64,000 nt of DNA, taken from Mobula hypostoma. Its lineage: Eukaryota. How positions within the stretch are numbered: position 1 is the stretch's first letter; every line of letters begins with the position of its first letter. Of this stretch, positions 1-13,461 are shown piece after piece. The DNA is taken from assembly GCF_963921235.1 (NCBI RefSeq), contig NC_086097.1:89530001-89594000 (forward strand), in the 5' to 3' direction. Below the pieces are notes generated by a model, which saw only the letters and a program-made list of their open reading frames with translations, ran no database searches and was not told where the DNA came from. A program made the position numbers and the translations under genes.

Positions 1-1067
1 GATAGGTGAGACCTGAAGGGGAAAGATGAAGTAAAGAACTGGAAAGTTGATTGATGAAAGAGATCGAAGGCTATGGAAGAAAGAAAAGAGGGGAGGAGCA
101 CCTGAGGTAGGTGATGGGCAGGGAAGGAGATAAGGTGAGAGGAAAAAGGGGATGGGGGTCATTACCAGAAATTCAAGAAATTGAAATTCATGCCTTCAGG
201 TTGGAGGCTACCCAAATGGAATATAAAGTGTTGTTCCTCCAATCTAAGTGTGGTCTTCTTCATGACAATAGAGGAGGCCATGGGTAGACAAATCAGAACA
301 AGAATGGGAAGTGGAATTAAAATGGGTAGCCACTGGGAGATCCCACTTTTTCTGGTGGGCGGAGCGTAGGTGCTCGGCAAAATGGTCTCCCAATCTACGT
401 TGGGCCTCACCGATATATGGGAGGCCATACCGGGAGCACCGCTCACAGTAAATGACCCCAACAGACTCGCAGGTGAAGTGTCACCCCACCTGGAGGATTG
501 TTTAGGGCCCTGAATGGTAGTGAGGGAGGAAGTGTAGGGGGCAGGTGTAGCACTTGTTCCGCTTGCAAGGATAAGTGACAGGAGATCAGTGGAGAGGGAA
601 AAATGGAGAAGGGAATCATGTAAGAAGAGATCCCTGTGGAAAGCAGAAAGTGGAGGGGAGGGAGGAGGAGGGAAAGACGTGCTTGGTGGTGGGATCCTGT
701 TGGAGATGGTGGAAGTTTCAAAGAGTTATAAGTTATGTGCTGGGCACAGAGGCTGGTGGGGTAGTGGGTGAGGACAAGAGGAACCCTATCCCTAGTAGGG
801 TGGTGGGAGGATGGGGTAAGGCCAGACCCAATGTGAAATGGAAGAGAAGCAGTTGAGGGCAGCGTTGATGGTGGAGGAAAGGAAGCTCCTTTCTTTGGAG
901 AAAGAGAACATCTCCTTTGTTCTAAAACGAAAAGCCTCATCCTGACAGCAGATGTGGCAGGGATGGAGGAATTGAGAGAAGGTGATGGTGTTTTCACAAG
1001 TAACAGGGTGGGTAGAGGTATAGTCCAGGTAGCTGTGAGAGACCGTGGGTTTATAATAGATATCAGT
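1..1067 (-). mobile_element. Penelope-like retroelement (PLE) 3' part: RT C-terminal region + GIY-YIG endonuclease, degenerate; runs off window start
   Basis: Minus strand reads DIYYKPTVSHSYLDYTSTHP..., RDRVPLVLTHYP and ...RLEEQHFIFHLGSLQPEGMNFNFLNFW* (ORFs 443..997, 162..461). Homologous to the + strand copy at 39637-40395. Confidence 0.85.
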
Positions 1068-1068
1068 G

Positions 1069-4000
1069 AATGCTATATACTACAACCATTCATTCCATAA
1101 TCTTACATATATGTGAAATTAATGAAATAGTCTATAACTGAAAGGAGCTGATTGATCCTTATTGATCCTTCAATATAAGGATTACAACCACTAATTTTCA
1201 GGAAAGAAGTCGCCCTTCAACCCATATCATATTGTAAAAAATGCCAGAACTAGCATAAGTTTCGAATCCAATAACTATGTAAACGTATTATAATATATAT
1301 AATTCTTCCCAGGTGTTAACTAGCCAGCATTACTAATAGCCCTTTTAAGTTCATACAATGTAGATTTAATATCCAAGCAGGAGGTGGGACATTCTTCTTT
1401 CTTAGAATCTGAAAATTGCTCACCAAAACTATTTCTCTATAAGACCTCGTTTCTTTACTTATATTGGCCGAACTATGGCATGTGTTTTTGCTAATAATTC
1501 TGCTTTTTCAGAGTCAGTAACTGCAACTTTCTCCCCACCATACAAAACTGGCATTGCATCAAATTTTTTCACTTCCCCAATTTTCTGTATCGTGCCCCAA
1601 ATTTCCGCTACCTGGATCTCTTTCCCAGTACGAATGCAGTACGATCTCAAATAGATTTTTTTCGCCTTTCTCACTACTTTTTTAAACTATGGCTTGAGCT
1701 CTTTTACATTCTATGAAAGACGAATAGGGGTAACACTGCTTAACTTTCTTAAAAGCTTTATTCTGCTCCTTCACTGCTCTGTTATATTTCATCGATCCAG
1801 CAGGGAGCAGCTCTCCTTTTATTATCTCCCAGTGATCTGGGAATTGATTCCTTAGCTATTGAGTTGAGCACAGAACACCAGGTATTATTATGTAACTTGA
1901 TATTCTTCAAAACCAAATGATCAGGAAATCTACTTACACATAAATCATCAAATATATCCCAATTTGTCTTTTTAAAATTCCATCTGGGGATATGAGAGCC
2001 TTTCCTCTGATACAGATCTAGTCCCATGGTACAGATAATGGGGACATGATCACTTCCCACTGTTGTATCATTTTACACCTTGCAGTTACACACACTTACA
2101 ATCCCTTGGTATCAACGTAAGGTTTATAGCAGAAACAGTGTCGTTAAATAGATTTATCCTTGTACTCCTACCATCATTCAAGCACACCAAACACTTTTCC
2201 TCCCGACAGTCTTCCACCATTGTCTCATTCACATTTGTGACACTACAACCCCACATAGTACTGTGAGTATTAAAATCTCCATGCTATATGACCTTATTTT
2301 TCCAATTTCCACCCACACATTCTGATCTATCAGGTGTTAACCTTTCGCAAAAGTTATCAAAATTTATTATCTGTACTTTACTACTCTTTCTCCAAACTTC
2401 AACCGCAATTACCTCACAAACAACTCCAATTTCCACAACCCTATGTGTTATCCTGTTTCTGACAAAGGTAGCTACTCCATTACCCATTTTCCAATTGCGT
2501 CTTATATTAACATAACCTTGTATCTTAAAATATAGACTAGATTTCAACAGGTTTCCTGTACGTATATCATCAGCTGTATTCAGTAAATCTTTAATAAATT
2601 TCTTAAACTTTTAACCATTTGCTAACGGGCTTCTATCATTCCATTGTAAGATTAGAGAAACCATTAACAACCATCCTTTGAAGTCTGAATGTTATTTACT
2701 CCTCTGTGTAAAGCATCATTAATAACTTCTAGAGCTAAGTCTTTTATCTCTGGATGTTTCTTGACAATTTTCAATGTAATTTTATTTTTTCTGTCCTACT
2801 TTTAGTTTGTGCTGTACAATCTACCAAAGCTACCATGAAAGTGACAAACTTTAAAGTTTATCAACAATCAGAGAATCAATCCTTTGTTAAACAATCATTC
2901 ACTTTACACATTTTCTTTAAACTATCCGTATTTTGGATATTAATAGATCCTATTGATACTCTTCTGTACTTTCTGCAGAACCTCTGCATTTGATATATCC
3001 ATTTCCAGCTGAACATGTTGCACTTCCACAGCTTTCTTATATACAGGACACCCTGCACAAACAGAGCTATGTTCTCCTCCGTAGTTGCTACTATGGCCTG
3101 TTCTTCATCAAGTTATGGTATTGTTGCACTGTTGTAACTACATGTTATAATTATGTGGTTTTGTTAGTTTTTTCAGTCTTGGTCTGTCCTGTGTTTCTGT
3201 GATATCACACCAGAGGAATATTGTATCATTTCTTAATGCATGCATTACTAAATGACAATAAAAGAGGACTGCGTGTCCTTATAATCTAATCTAATCTGAC
3301 CTAATCTAATGCCTTCACCACATTTGCCATTATCATGTTCTCCACCACATCTACCACACCACTTTCTACCTTTACAAACAGCTGTTACATGGCAAACTTC
3401 TGGCATTGAAAACATCTCAGAAGGGCACATGGACTTGAACATATAACTCATTATCTAAATTAAACCAGTCCAGCAAAATTTCTTTTCCATCAAATTTAAT
3501 CAACACTAGTAAGCTACCTGTTCTTACTCCACCATGAAGCCCTTTTAAACATTTAGCATCCACAACTTTTCCCCAAACTGGATTATTTTTAACTAGGTCC
3601 GTGGATACATCTAGAGGCACACCAGAGATTACTCCTCAAGGCTACTGTTGTTCAATATGATTCCTTGATGTTACTTACCTTCCTCCCACTGCTTTAAACC
3701 CCATTTGCTTACTGTCTTTACAAAGTACTAAGACTGCTCCATCTCTTAAAGGTTTTGTGCCCAGAATATCTCCTAATGATTTTTTTTCAAATCCTTAGTT
3801 AATCTACTTAGACTGATATCAGAAATAGATCCACATTCAAGACTCAACAAAACCTTACATTCTTTCTTCCTTCCTTCTTTTATTTAGGTCCACTCTACAG
3901 CCTTCAGTACTACAATCCTCGATTTGCTGCTTAATTTTCCTTTTCCCAGAAACCTGCCAATCACCTTCCTCTATACAACTCCTATTATCCAATTTCACCT

Positions 4001-4283
4001 TCCGTCCGCTACTCTTGTCTTCTCCAAAACTACTGTCATCTTTACCTTCCCTTTGCTGTGTGAGGGCAACTCGAAAGGCACACTCAGCCCTTTGCTCCAA
4101 CCCTCGTTCTCCAACCAGCTCCACCGGACCCTAGCCATGTATACAGCTTCGGAATCCGCTCTCCATACAGAGACATTCTCTTCATTTAACAAACTCACTA
4201 CTCTCCAGTTTATTTGTAACCCATTACCCTCTAATTTATCTCTAACCAATGAATTTTTTACTCCCAGTGCAGACCCAATCAAC
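1069..4283 (-). mobile_element. I-group (Nimb-like) LINE remnant: gag-like zinc-knuckle ORF1 plus APE and start of RT
   Basis: ORF1 pieces HVTAVCKGRKWCGRCGGEHDNGKC, GGEHSSVCAGCPVYKKAVEVQ, FVTFMVALVDCTAQTKSRTEKIK. ORF2 start MVSLILQWN (ATG 2664). APE motifs GDFNTHSTMWG and MGSDHVPI. Many stops and frameshifts. Confidence 0.75.
3091..3309 (+). mobile_element. Retroposed 3' tail inserted in the Nimb ORF1 (same family as 18519-19216)
   Basis: Ends aataaaagaggact...(aatct)n. Its reverse complement matches ~18520-18725. It splits two zinc knuckles. Confidence 0.75.
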
Positions 4284-4289
4284 TAATCA

Positions 4290-4410
4290 TTCACTCTCCA
4301 ATGTACTCCAACGTCCATCGAGAGCATCCTGACTGGCAGTGTCATTGCCTGGTACAGGAACTGTACTACCCTCAAACGTAGGGCACTGCAGAGAGGTGGG
4401 GACATCCACT
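4290..4410 (+). mobile_element. Rex1/Babar-type LINE C-terminal fragment
   Basis: Translates SIESILTGSVIAWYRNCTTLKRRALQR, similar to the C-termini of other Rex-type copies here. Confidence 0.65.
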
Positions 4411-4520
4411 CTACGTACAGCAGTTGAATTAGAATTTGACCATTTTCAAAGGATGAATGGCAGTCCAGTTTGAAAGCAAAATTCTGCAGGTGCTGGAAAT
4501 CTGAGATTAAAGTGTAGGAA

Positions 4521-4649
4521 TGCCTGACGAAGGGTCTCTGCCCAAAACGTTGACTGTGCCTCTTCCTATAGATGCTGCCTGGCCTGCTGCGTTCACCAGC
4601 AATTTTTATGTGTGTTGCTTGAAATCTCAGCATCTGCAGATTTCCTCAC
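4521..4649 (+). mobile_element. PLE terminal-repeat (pLTR) unit with degenerate hammerhead motif, nested in an older inverted pLTR-like relic (~4471-4735)
   Basis: 7-bp TSD GTAGGAA (4514-4520 / 4650-4656). Begins tgcCTGACGAagggtctctgcccAAAAcgttgac. Matches 40266-40390. Confidence 0.8.
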
Positions 4650-4924
4650 GTAGGAACTACTTATCTGGTCAGGCAGTATCTGCAATGTGTAGAGAGAAAC
4701 ACTGAATATTACAGCTCACTGACATCTTCAGACCTCTAGGCGAGTTGATGGAACAATTGGCAGATCAGATAAATGATGGATCATTTAAAAAAAGGATCTG
4801 GAAAGTATATGAAATTATATATTTGAGACTATTTCTAGTTCAATTGTAGTAGGCTAGATGGCCTTCTTATCTGCTGTGATTTCACTTTTAGCTTCACGTG
4901 TTCTCCTTTGTCCCTTATGAACTG

Positions 4925-5075
4925 GGTTTTCCCCAGAGATGTTAAGAAGGGACATGCGAGAGGTAGATTAAAATTATCTTGTAGAAATAGAGTGCAAATA
5001 ATTTTGCCTTTATCGGAGGTGGATAAAACTAGAGGATACAGATTTAGCGTAAGGAACAAGAGATATAGAGGGGAT
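4925..5075 (+). mobile_element. Old CR1 ORF2 C-terminal fragment
   Basis: ...DKTRGYRFSVRNKRYRGD resembles the CR1 TRGH..K motif seen in ORF 44676..45218. Confidence 0.55.
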
Positions 5076-5625
5076 GCTCTGTTTCCATGCTGTATGCCTC
5101 TTTGACAATCCTTAGGTTACCATGTGAGATGTTTCTGCAGTTTGAGTTTTTGACACTAGATGGTGATGTTGCCTTTATTGACAAAGTGCATTAATGTGAG
5201 GTGTACCTTGTTAAATACAACGGCATGAAACTTCGGGGTATCAAATTTGTCTTGCGCAGCAGTACAAAATGAGCTATTGCACATCAGCCAGCCGTTTTAC
5301 ACCCCATCTGATTTTGATCCCAAGACAAAGTTAAACCTCATTGTGTCAATTAGATTTATCCCTGAGTCAACATTACTGAAGAAACATTGTCTAACTTTGT
5401 TGTTGTAGGACAAACCAGCTCCTGTATTTTCAATGGTACAGCAGTAATTCCATTGCAAGCATACTTTGCTGACAATAACGAACATCTAGAGTACTCCGAG
5501 TTCATGAATGATGCTATATTCTTTCTTGGAATCTGGAGAAAGTCACTGAAAAGTCAAAATGACATACCAGGACATTACTGAGGGAATGCTACAGAGTTTT
5601 AGATGACAGTGTCAGCCCAATGATG

Positions 5626-5920
5626 GAGTCATGGAATCATAGAAACTTGGAATGAGGCGCTCTGGCCAACCAATCCACACTGATTATCAAACACCCATTG
5701 TTACTCTAATCTTATCCTAGTCCCATTGCATTGCCCTAATATTCTCGTCAACTTTCCCCCGATTCCATTATTCACCTAGGGACAACTTTGCAGTGGCTGA
5801 TTAGTCTACCAAGCTACACATCACTGGGATGTGGGAGGAGATCCACACAGTCACAGGGAGAACGTGCAAATTCCACATGGACAGCAACCGAGATCAGGGT
5901 CGGACCTGGTTTGCTGGAAG
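5626..5920 (-). mobile_element. V-SINE (HE1-like) relic with CR1-type tail
   Basis: gggatgtgggaggagatccacacagtcacagggagaacgtgcaaattccaca is the reverse of the V-domain core. Confidence 0.6.
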
Positions 5921-6049
5921 TGGGACTGAGTCTGGATGCAACAAAGTTGCTCCAAGCCCAGTCGATCTTGTAAAGTTCTCTTCACAAATATTTGGGCACT
6001 GGCGTGGCCCGATTAGTCGAGTAACAGTTGTTGACCTCATAATGTCATA

Positions 6050-8360
6050 TCTTGCAGAACATGTGGATGATTTCTCCATCATGATCCTTGGGTACAGGTG
6101 CTGGTAGTACAGTGGTAGACAAATAGTTAGAGGTAGATCTGGAAATTCTTAGCATTGACTGGTGGTATCAGGCCAAACCCCCCAGGCATTAAAATCTACT
6201 TTTGATTGTCATCAATCTCGGTTGATTAATTGGAAGCGGTATTGGATATGGCAAGCCTACAGGACTGTGGAATTATAATGCCACTAGCTTGGTAGTACAA
6301 TCAGTGGCTGAGTCCTGAAGGACATAGCTTCTAGATTTGGTCTGTGAATGAACCAATACATAAACTTCCTGGAGCCCATTCTCAACCATCTACTTGTGAA
6401 TAACTCTCCAGAACAGCAGTAGTAGAAATGACCTTGTGGTGACATAGTCTCAGCTTCACCTTGAGGATTTCCTCCATCACTGCAAATGTGCTAATTGGGA
6501 TAGACTCAGAACTGATCTGGCAACTTAAAACTGGACAACCAAGGGACTGCGTGGAGCACCACTAAGAGCAGGGATGTCTACCACCACAATCTGCGACCTC
6601 AGGGCCTAGCAGACACCTTACTCCACTTGTACTGTAAACCCTGGTTTAGCGAAGAATGCAGAAGTTCATGCTGGGTAGAGCACCAAACCTGGCACTGAGG
6701 TGCCACCCTTGTAGGACATGCAATGGATGGTGTAAAGTGATCATACAACCAGTGGATCAGATCAAAGCTTTGTAGTCCTGTCACATCAGGTCCAGAATGG
6801 TGGTGGACAATTAAATGGGAGGAAGCTCCCAGATGATACCCATCCTCAGTGCTGTCAGGCCCAACACTCGAGGGCTGATGGCAAGACTGAAGTGTTTAAA
6901 ACCACAATCAGTTGGAAATGCCGCCTGGATGATCCACATCTGCTTTCTCCTGAGATCCCCCACCGTTATAGCAGCTGTTCTTCAGCCACATAGATTCACT
7001 TCACATGACTGTCAAGCGTGCTGGGAAGTATTCTGGAGTTATGTGAATATAGCAGCTATTAATTCAAACAAGAACCAGTCTTCAGTTCTTATTGCAAATG
7101 GAAAAAGATCAGAAATCTTGCAATTAGCCTTCATTTTTTTGTAAAATTGCAAACAGTAAATTGAAGTTACGAGCACAGGTTCTTCCACAAACTGAGAGGT
7201 TGCATATGCATCAGTTTTGCATTAAGACAATGGGGTTGTGTTAATTGTCCTGCATTAACTACGGTTTTAAGGAAGTTGCACCATTATGTAAGTTTAGGGA
7301 AGTGTCCCAGCCAAGGTATTTGTATATTCAGAGGTGTCTCCCACTGTAAATATGCAATTCAAAGGAAGCGTTGTCAACCCAAAATATTGAAGTAATTGAT
7401 GACGTCATTGTAACTATTGAAACTGTATGAAATGGTAAATGGTACCATTTATTGAAATGGTAACCTGCTGTTACCATTGATCTTAAGGGTATAAAAAATG
7501 TGATTGATGTACTTTTAGCTTGTGAGCCTCTACCAAGACAGTCTCCAGAATGTTGCCTGTTTGTTGTGCTGAATAAAGACTTCCATATCACCAGCTTTAG
7601 TGTCTCTCCAGTGACTTCGATCACAGACACAACAAGAGCATTGGAAACCACAAAGGCTATGAAGGTGAACAATGTATCTGCTGTAGTATTGAAGAGCCAT
7701 GCTCCAGGTTTAGCTAGGTCTCAAGATAAACTGTCCCATTGTAATCTACCTGACAATGTGAAATATTGTCTCAGAACTAAACAGGACAAATCCCATCTGG
7801 CTAATTATAGCCCCATCACCAGCAAAGTACATTGTGCTATCGATGGTCCTATCAAGTGGCACTACTCAACAATAATCGCCTTGCTAATAGCTACAGTATA
7901 TAAAGTTTAGCTGGTTTTCAATTAGAGACTTCTTCATAGCTGTAGTCCCAACAGGAACCAATGAGCTGATTTATAGATATGAGGTGAGAGTACTTATCTT
8001 TGACCTCAAGCCAAAATTTACCCGATAGCGATACCAAGGAACTCCAATGAAACTGAAATCAGCAGGCATCAAAGGGAAAACACTCCAGTGGCTGGAGTCA
8101 GGACTTGCCCAAAGGAAAATAGTTTTGGTCATTGGCGATCAAAGCCCATGCCCTGGGATATCACTGTAGGATTTCCTTGCTGTATTGGCCTAAGCCCAAT
8201 CAGTTTTAGCTGTTTTCACCATGAGGTCAGAGCTGAGGATGTCCACTGAATAGTGCACAATGCTCAATTCTATTCACAACCCCCCAGCACATACAGTAAA
8301 ACAGCCCCTGCCCGCTTCCTCAAGATTCAGGCATGAGCTTATAAGCGGCAGGACAAGAAC
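6050..8360 (+). mobile_element. Old CR1-group LINE ORF2 relic, interrupted about 7010-7625
   Basis: KPWFSEECR; gaatggtggtggacaattaaa (EWWWTIK); ALETTKAMKVNNVSAVVLKSHAPGLA and KQDKSHLANYSPIT in ORF 7500..7910 correspond to RT-proximal motifs. Confidence 0.6.
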
Positions 8361-11300
8361 AAGGACCCACCCACCTGGGAGGAGTGAGGAGTGAGGAGTG
8401 AGAATCCTTCAGGACAGAAGGAGCCCATTTACTGTTCTGGCTGCTTTATCCAAATAGTCCAACCTCCTGTTTTCTCTCATAGTGCTCCAGGCTTTTAAAA
8501 TATTTACCCAATTCTTTTTCAAAGTTACAATTAATTCTGCTTTCACCAGCTAAACAGTGGACTGAAGACTGTAACAACTTTTTGCATCAATAAAGATTCT
8601 CCTTATCACCCTCCTGCCAGGAGAAGCATGTGTTAACACTGTTGCACTGTATTTTAAATGTCATGGAAGCATACTTGCAGGTAGTTTCTGTTGATTGATC
8701 GTGGTGATTACGAAGCTTGTTCGAATTTGATTGGGCTATAACTCCCCACTTTTGCTTCTGCTGCTTTGATCCTGTTTTCTCTGATCTCGAGGAATGTTTC
8801 TAGCAATGGAACTTCCTGGGAAGACTTCTTTATGTAAACAATCTCTTTAGGATGGACTTCTGGAATCTGTCCATGTCAATACCTGCCTGGTTGTTGAGTG
8901 AAGGTGTTACCGTCGATTGTCTGTTATGTAGCCTTTAGTGTTCAGCAGCCAGCTATTATTTCCTGTTTTTCTCACTCAAACAATGGTGGGAAAGGCTTCC
9001 CTCTGTGACTAGGCCTGGAGGTTAGTTGGAACAAAGAGGAAAAAGTTCTCCCATTGTCTGCAATTTGATAACTGTATTCTTTTCCTCTTTCTTAAAATTA
9101 CTTTTAGATTATAAAAATCTATGGGTCTGGAAATTGTGTCAGTGGACACTGTGAACTCAAAGCCACATAATCCCAGGAATTCCACCTTCCAGGCTATGTA
9201 TGTATCTCCAGAAATTAAAGGCAAATTCCCATAATGAGAAAACAATTGTAGGGACATTTAAATAAAAATGCTTTAAAAATTTTTTTTAATGCTATTTTAA
9301 TTCACTGTAAAATTAAAAGTGACTTTATGGAAGGACATCAAATCACCCAAATGAGTGGGAGAACAGGGCCAGTTGCAGGGCGCTGATGATGGCAGCAGGT
9401 CATATGGTAAAACCTCCAGGATTTGTCCTATCAAGTATCTTTTGTTGATGGCAAACCCTTTTGTCCTGAGTGCAACCCCCCCACCACCAACCCAATCACA
9501 TCCCTTCCTAATTTCCCAGTTTATTCACATTCCAGTCCCCCAAGTTCCCCAACCCAGTCACATCCCCACTTCCCAAACCCTTGTCAATCAACATCCATTT
9601 ATACCTCTCACCCATTCAGTCGGCTCTCTGGCCCTGTCAAAGCCCCAATCTTAATCACACTCCTATCTCCCTTCCCTCCAACTCAATAGCATCCAAATTA
9701 AAATCAATTTTGAATATGCCTTCAGGTACCAATGGGGCTTCGTTTAAAAGAACTCCTCTGGGCGGGGTGCTGTGACGGATAGGTGAGCCAAGATACCAGA
9801 ATCCTATGGGTGGTTGCTGAGGAAGGGGTGGATGAACCCAGATAGTAGGTTCCTAAGGGTGGGATGCTCAGGGCCGGGTGTTTAGAAAGGGATGGGTGAG
9901 TTCAGGCAGCAGGGGCTCTGTAAGGATGGGGGAACAAGTGAGGCAAGAAGCACAAGCCCAGCTGGCAAAAGCCACATGGATATAAAATCTACATTTATAA
10001 AATCTGAGCCCTTCTGAATGGACCTGGATCCAATTTAAAATGTATTAATCTTCTCCACCTAAGGCAATGGAAACTTTCATTGTGCAATAAAAACACTAAG
10101 TACTAGAAACACAGACCAGGTCAGATGGTGTCCATTGTGTGGGGAAAACAGAGTTATTTGGAAAACAGTTCAAGAGGTAACAGGTTTTGAGCAAATGCAG
10201 AAGTGAGGAATGAGTTAGGGGAGGAGAAGGTGGTGAAAAGGTGACAGGAAGAAGGGATAACATCAGAAAGGAAAAGATGGACTGATGCAAAAACAAATGG
10301 CTAACAATGAAATATGAGCTGGGTCCAGAATAGGAGTCAATGGAAAAAGCTGAGTCATGAAGGGGAATGTTTGTCTGAAGAAATGAGGGGAGTGGTTATG
10401 ATATGAAACTTTAAGCTCAGATGAGATGATTTTCCATGGTTCATGATAATCCTGTCACACGTATCCTCATAACTTAGCCATTTAGCATCCGGGTATGTTC
10501 TGCTGAACGCAGTCCAAGCCAAATAGGTCCTTCCTGTGGTAGGATGCATAGAAATTAACGTAGTACTCCAGCTGGTGTCTGATCTGGGCCATATTTCCTC
10601 TATGTATTTATGTTAACCTTAAAGGGAATCGCTGCTCTTTGTGACACCTCTGATAGCATACAAGAGGAAGAAAAGGTTGACTCATTTCCCCTTTACTGGC
10701 ATGGCATGTACAGTTTCTAGGTGGGTGCAAAAGATGATCTAATTCCTCTAAGTAGTTGTTAGATGGTACGTTGTAGGCAGCAAGAGTGCTAAACCACTTT
10801 ACTCGAGTTTGATGAGAGAAGCATCCTAAGGGAAACTGGTTTCAAATAACCATAGGGAAGCCAAGGCCCTTTCTTCAGTTCCACAGCCGACGAATTAATA
10901 GAGAAAAAAAAAAGAGATTTCTTTCCAAATGAAAAGCAGTCCATCATTCACTTCCAATCCTCCCCGTGCCCCAGCAGAGCTTTCCGTACATTCAGCAATT
11001 TTATTAATCAAAAGATTACTTTAAATCGTTACGAGGCTCTTCAGTGTGATGCGGTTGGACAGTGTCCAATGCAACAGGTGAAAGCAATGAATCACCAGTA
11101 CTTTGGAGAAGAGATCTTGCCAAGTCGAGATAGAGAGCAGCTGGTTCCTTTGGAACAGTCATGTTGCTGCCAGTTGTCTCTTTAAACTGCCACACCTTTT
11201 AATAGGATATGTAATTGATAGCAAGTAATGTGTTGAAGGCTGGGATCTAACCCAGGGTTTCAGATGATTCATATACAGAGTAATGGATACCTGTGAGTGA

Positions 11301-11989
11301 GTTCCAGACTAAAACTTAATGGAGCAATTCAGATTTCTTGTATATGGAAAAGTGGGTAACTTGTATGTGCAGAGATTCCTGTGCCTCCAGAAGGGTGGTG
11401 CAGTGGCTGGGTTCAAATGAACTCAGGGATAACATGTAACTGCCACAGGCAAAAGGTGCCTCCCAATATCCTTGCCCCTATGCCAGCACAGGTGGTCATC
11501 AGCCATAGGCAAAAAAGCTGTGCCCGGGACTTTTGGAGCGTGGATTTGGAGAGGTAAAGGTGTGTTAGGAAGTGGAGGACTGATTGATGGTATTGGGGTT
11601 GGATTGAGAGCAGAAAGGGTTGGCTGTTAACTGGCATTTGGTTGTGGGGAATGCATTCACTTGGGTTTAGAAGTAACTCAGGGAGGAGACTAGCCTGGAA
11701 TATAGCCTGTAATTGGATTGCAAGGGAACCTTATTCAATAAAAGAAAAACTGAAAACGGTCAGGGAGCATTCTTGATGTGGCTACCTCCAGAAAGACAGA
11801 CAGATTCTGACACTCGCTACACTAAGCAATGGTGCTTCATGACAGAGTGCAGTTAGTCACACAATGCAATCCCGAGAGCAGTAAGCTTTAAATCGCTGCT
11901 TTGCTGTTATTGATGAATATTACAATGCTCCTTTGGTCAACATCTTCTGGATAGAACAAGAAACCATATATTTCACTTATTTTATGTCT

Positions 11990-12650
11990 TCTGTGTTTGT
12001 TTTTCATCTTGAATGTGATTCTGGAACTGTTGGAGCCTGTGAATTCCAGTTTGGAGATCATTTGGGTGTTCCAGCTCTCTACAGTCTCCGAGGGGATTCC
12101 GGGAAGCAGAGGCAGTGTGTGTGACCTCGTAGTGAGAAGGCTGCAAGCCATTGTTCAACTCCATTTTGACAATTAAGACTTCCATTGTTCACTGATTAAA
12201 GCGATAAGGGAGATTGAAACATCCAGGTGAATGTGGACAGTGATTGCCGGCTACCTGCCTTTTTAATGCTGGGGGATTGCCCTGCTGCTAGAGAAGGGAG
12301 ACCGCCGTCTTATTGCTGGTAAGATTGCTCTGCTACTGAGAGGGAGAATGTTGCCCAGGTTTTCTGCAATTTGGATGTGGTCTTGTACTGTGGACTTCTT
12401 TTTCCAGTTTTATAGCTTTATTGTATTCTGTGTTTTTCACCCGATCTTTCTTCTTTTTGTTGTGTGTAGACAAGGGGAATTTGGGAATTAGTGTGCCCGT
12501 TCCATTTTTGTTCATTTTTTTGTGTGGTGAGGAGGGATTTGGGGGTTGATGATCAAGCTTCCATTCTTTTCTTTCTTGATTTCGTGGCTATCTAGAGAAG
12601 AAAAATTTCAGAGATGTATACTTTGATAGTAAATGAACTTTTGAACCTTT
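11990..12650 (+). mobile_element. Non-autonomous retroposon with shared 3' tail
   Basis: T/G-rich 3' region ending ...gatagtaaatgaacttttgaacctttg. The same tail occurs at 17207, 20450, 38520, 59358 and 62280. 5' boundary uncertain. Confidence 0.55.
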
Positions 12651-13461
12651 GTGCATGAATGTTCTGTATTTGGATGTGGGAAGCAGCCAGTGAAAGATTG
12701 CCTTGTTTATGGTAGGGGAGGGGATGGTGATGATCATATATCGAAGCGGGGGAATCAAGGGTGCTAACACATTGTGATGGGAACTGGGGGTTGGAGGAGA
12801 GGGTGGATGAAATCACACACCAGGGAGTATATTGCTGGTCAGGTTGTTGAGAAAGATATGTAATAGAGTGGGTGGCTTCCAAAGCATAAAGTCCAGCACT
12901 GTGCTGGGAGGGCAATACAGTTGCAGGATGGGATCTCCAGGACAATGTTGTCCTTATGCCCTCTTTATGCTGCAAAAAGAATATTGAGGGGAAATGACTG
13001 ATCCCATACATCTCTTAGTCAAAATTCATTTCAGGAGTGCAAGGATGATTGGTGCCAAAAATATCTGACTGCTTTTATAAAGTAATACAAAATGACCCAG
13101 AAATGTCCCAACGAAGAATCAAGTTTTATTTGTGTCACCACAGAGAAGAAACAATATCATGCAATTGAGTTACCAAGAAAATAAGTTTTACACTGGAACT
13201 TATTTGAGGATTTTGTAATCTTTATTTGCTGATACTTGGATGGCTTACATACGAACTAATAGATATTGCGAGTCAATCATAAGCTAGGATCTAATTAAAG
13301 TTCAGATAACTTAAGCACAGTAAAATGGATATCTGGAAGTCAATACAAGATTGAAATCTAATTGATGGATTTGACTTGTCATTATGTAGATTGATGGCTA
13401 TTCAGAAATGTTTTACAGATAGTAATCTATTAAAGTTTATAAATGCTTTACATATATTGTA

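Noticed and set aside
9470..9940. C-rich block followed by a G-rich block (possible fold-back or degenerate ~50-bp repeat)
   Set aside because: I could not align the halves as true inverted repeats; it looks like compositional bias only.
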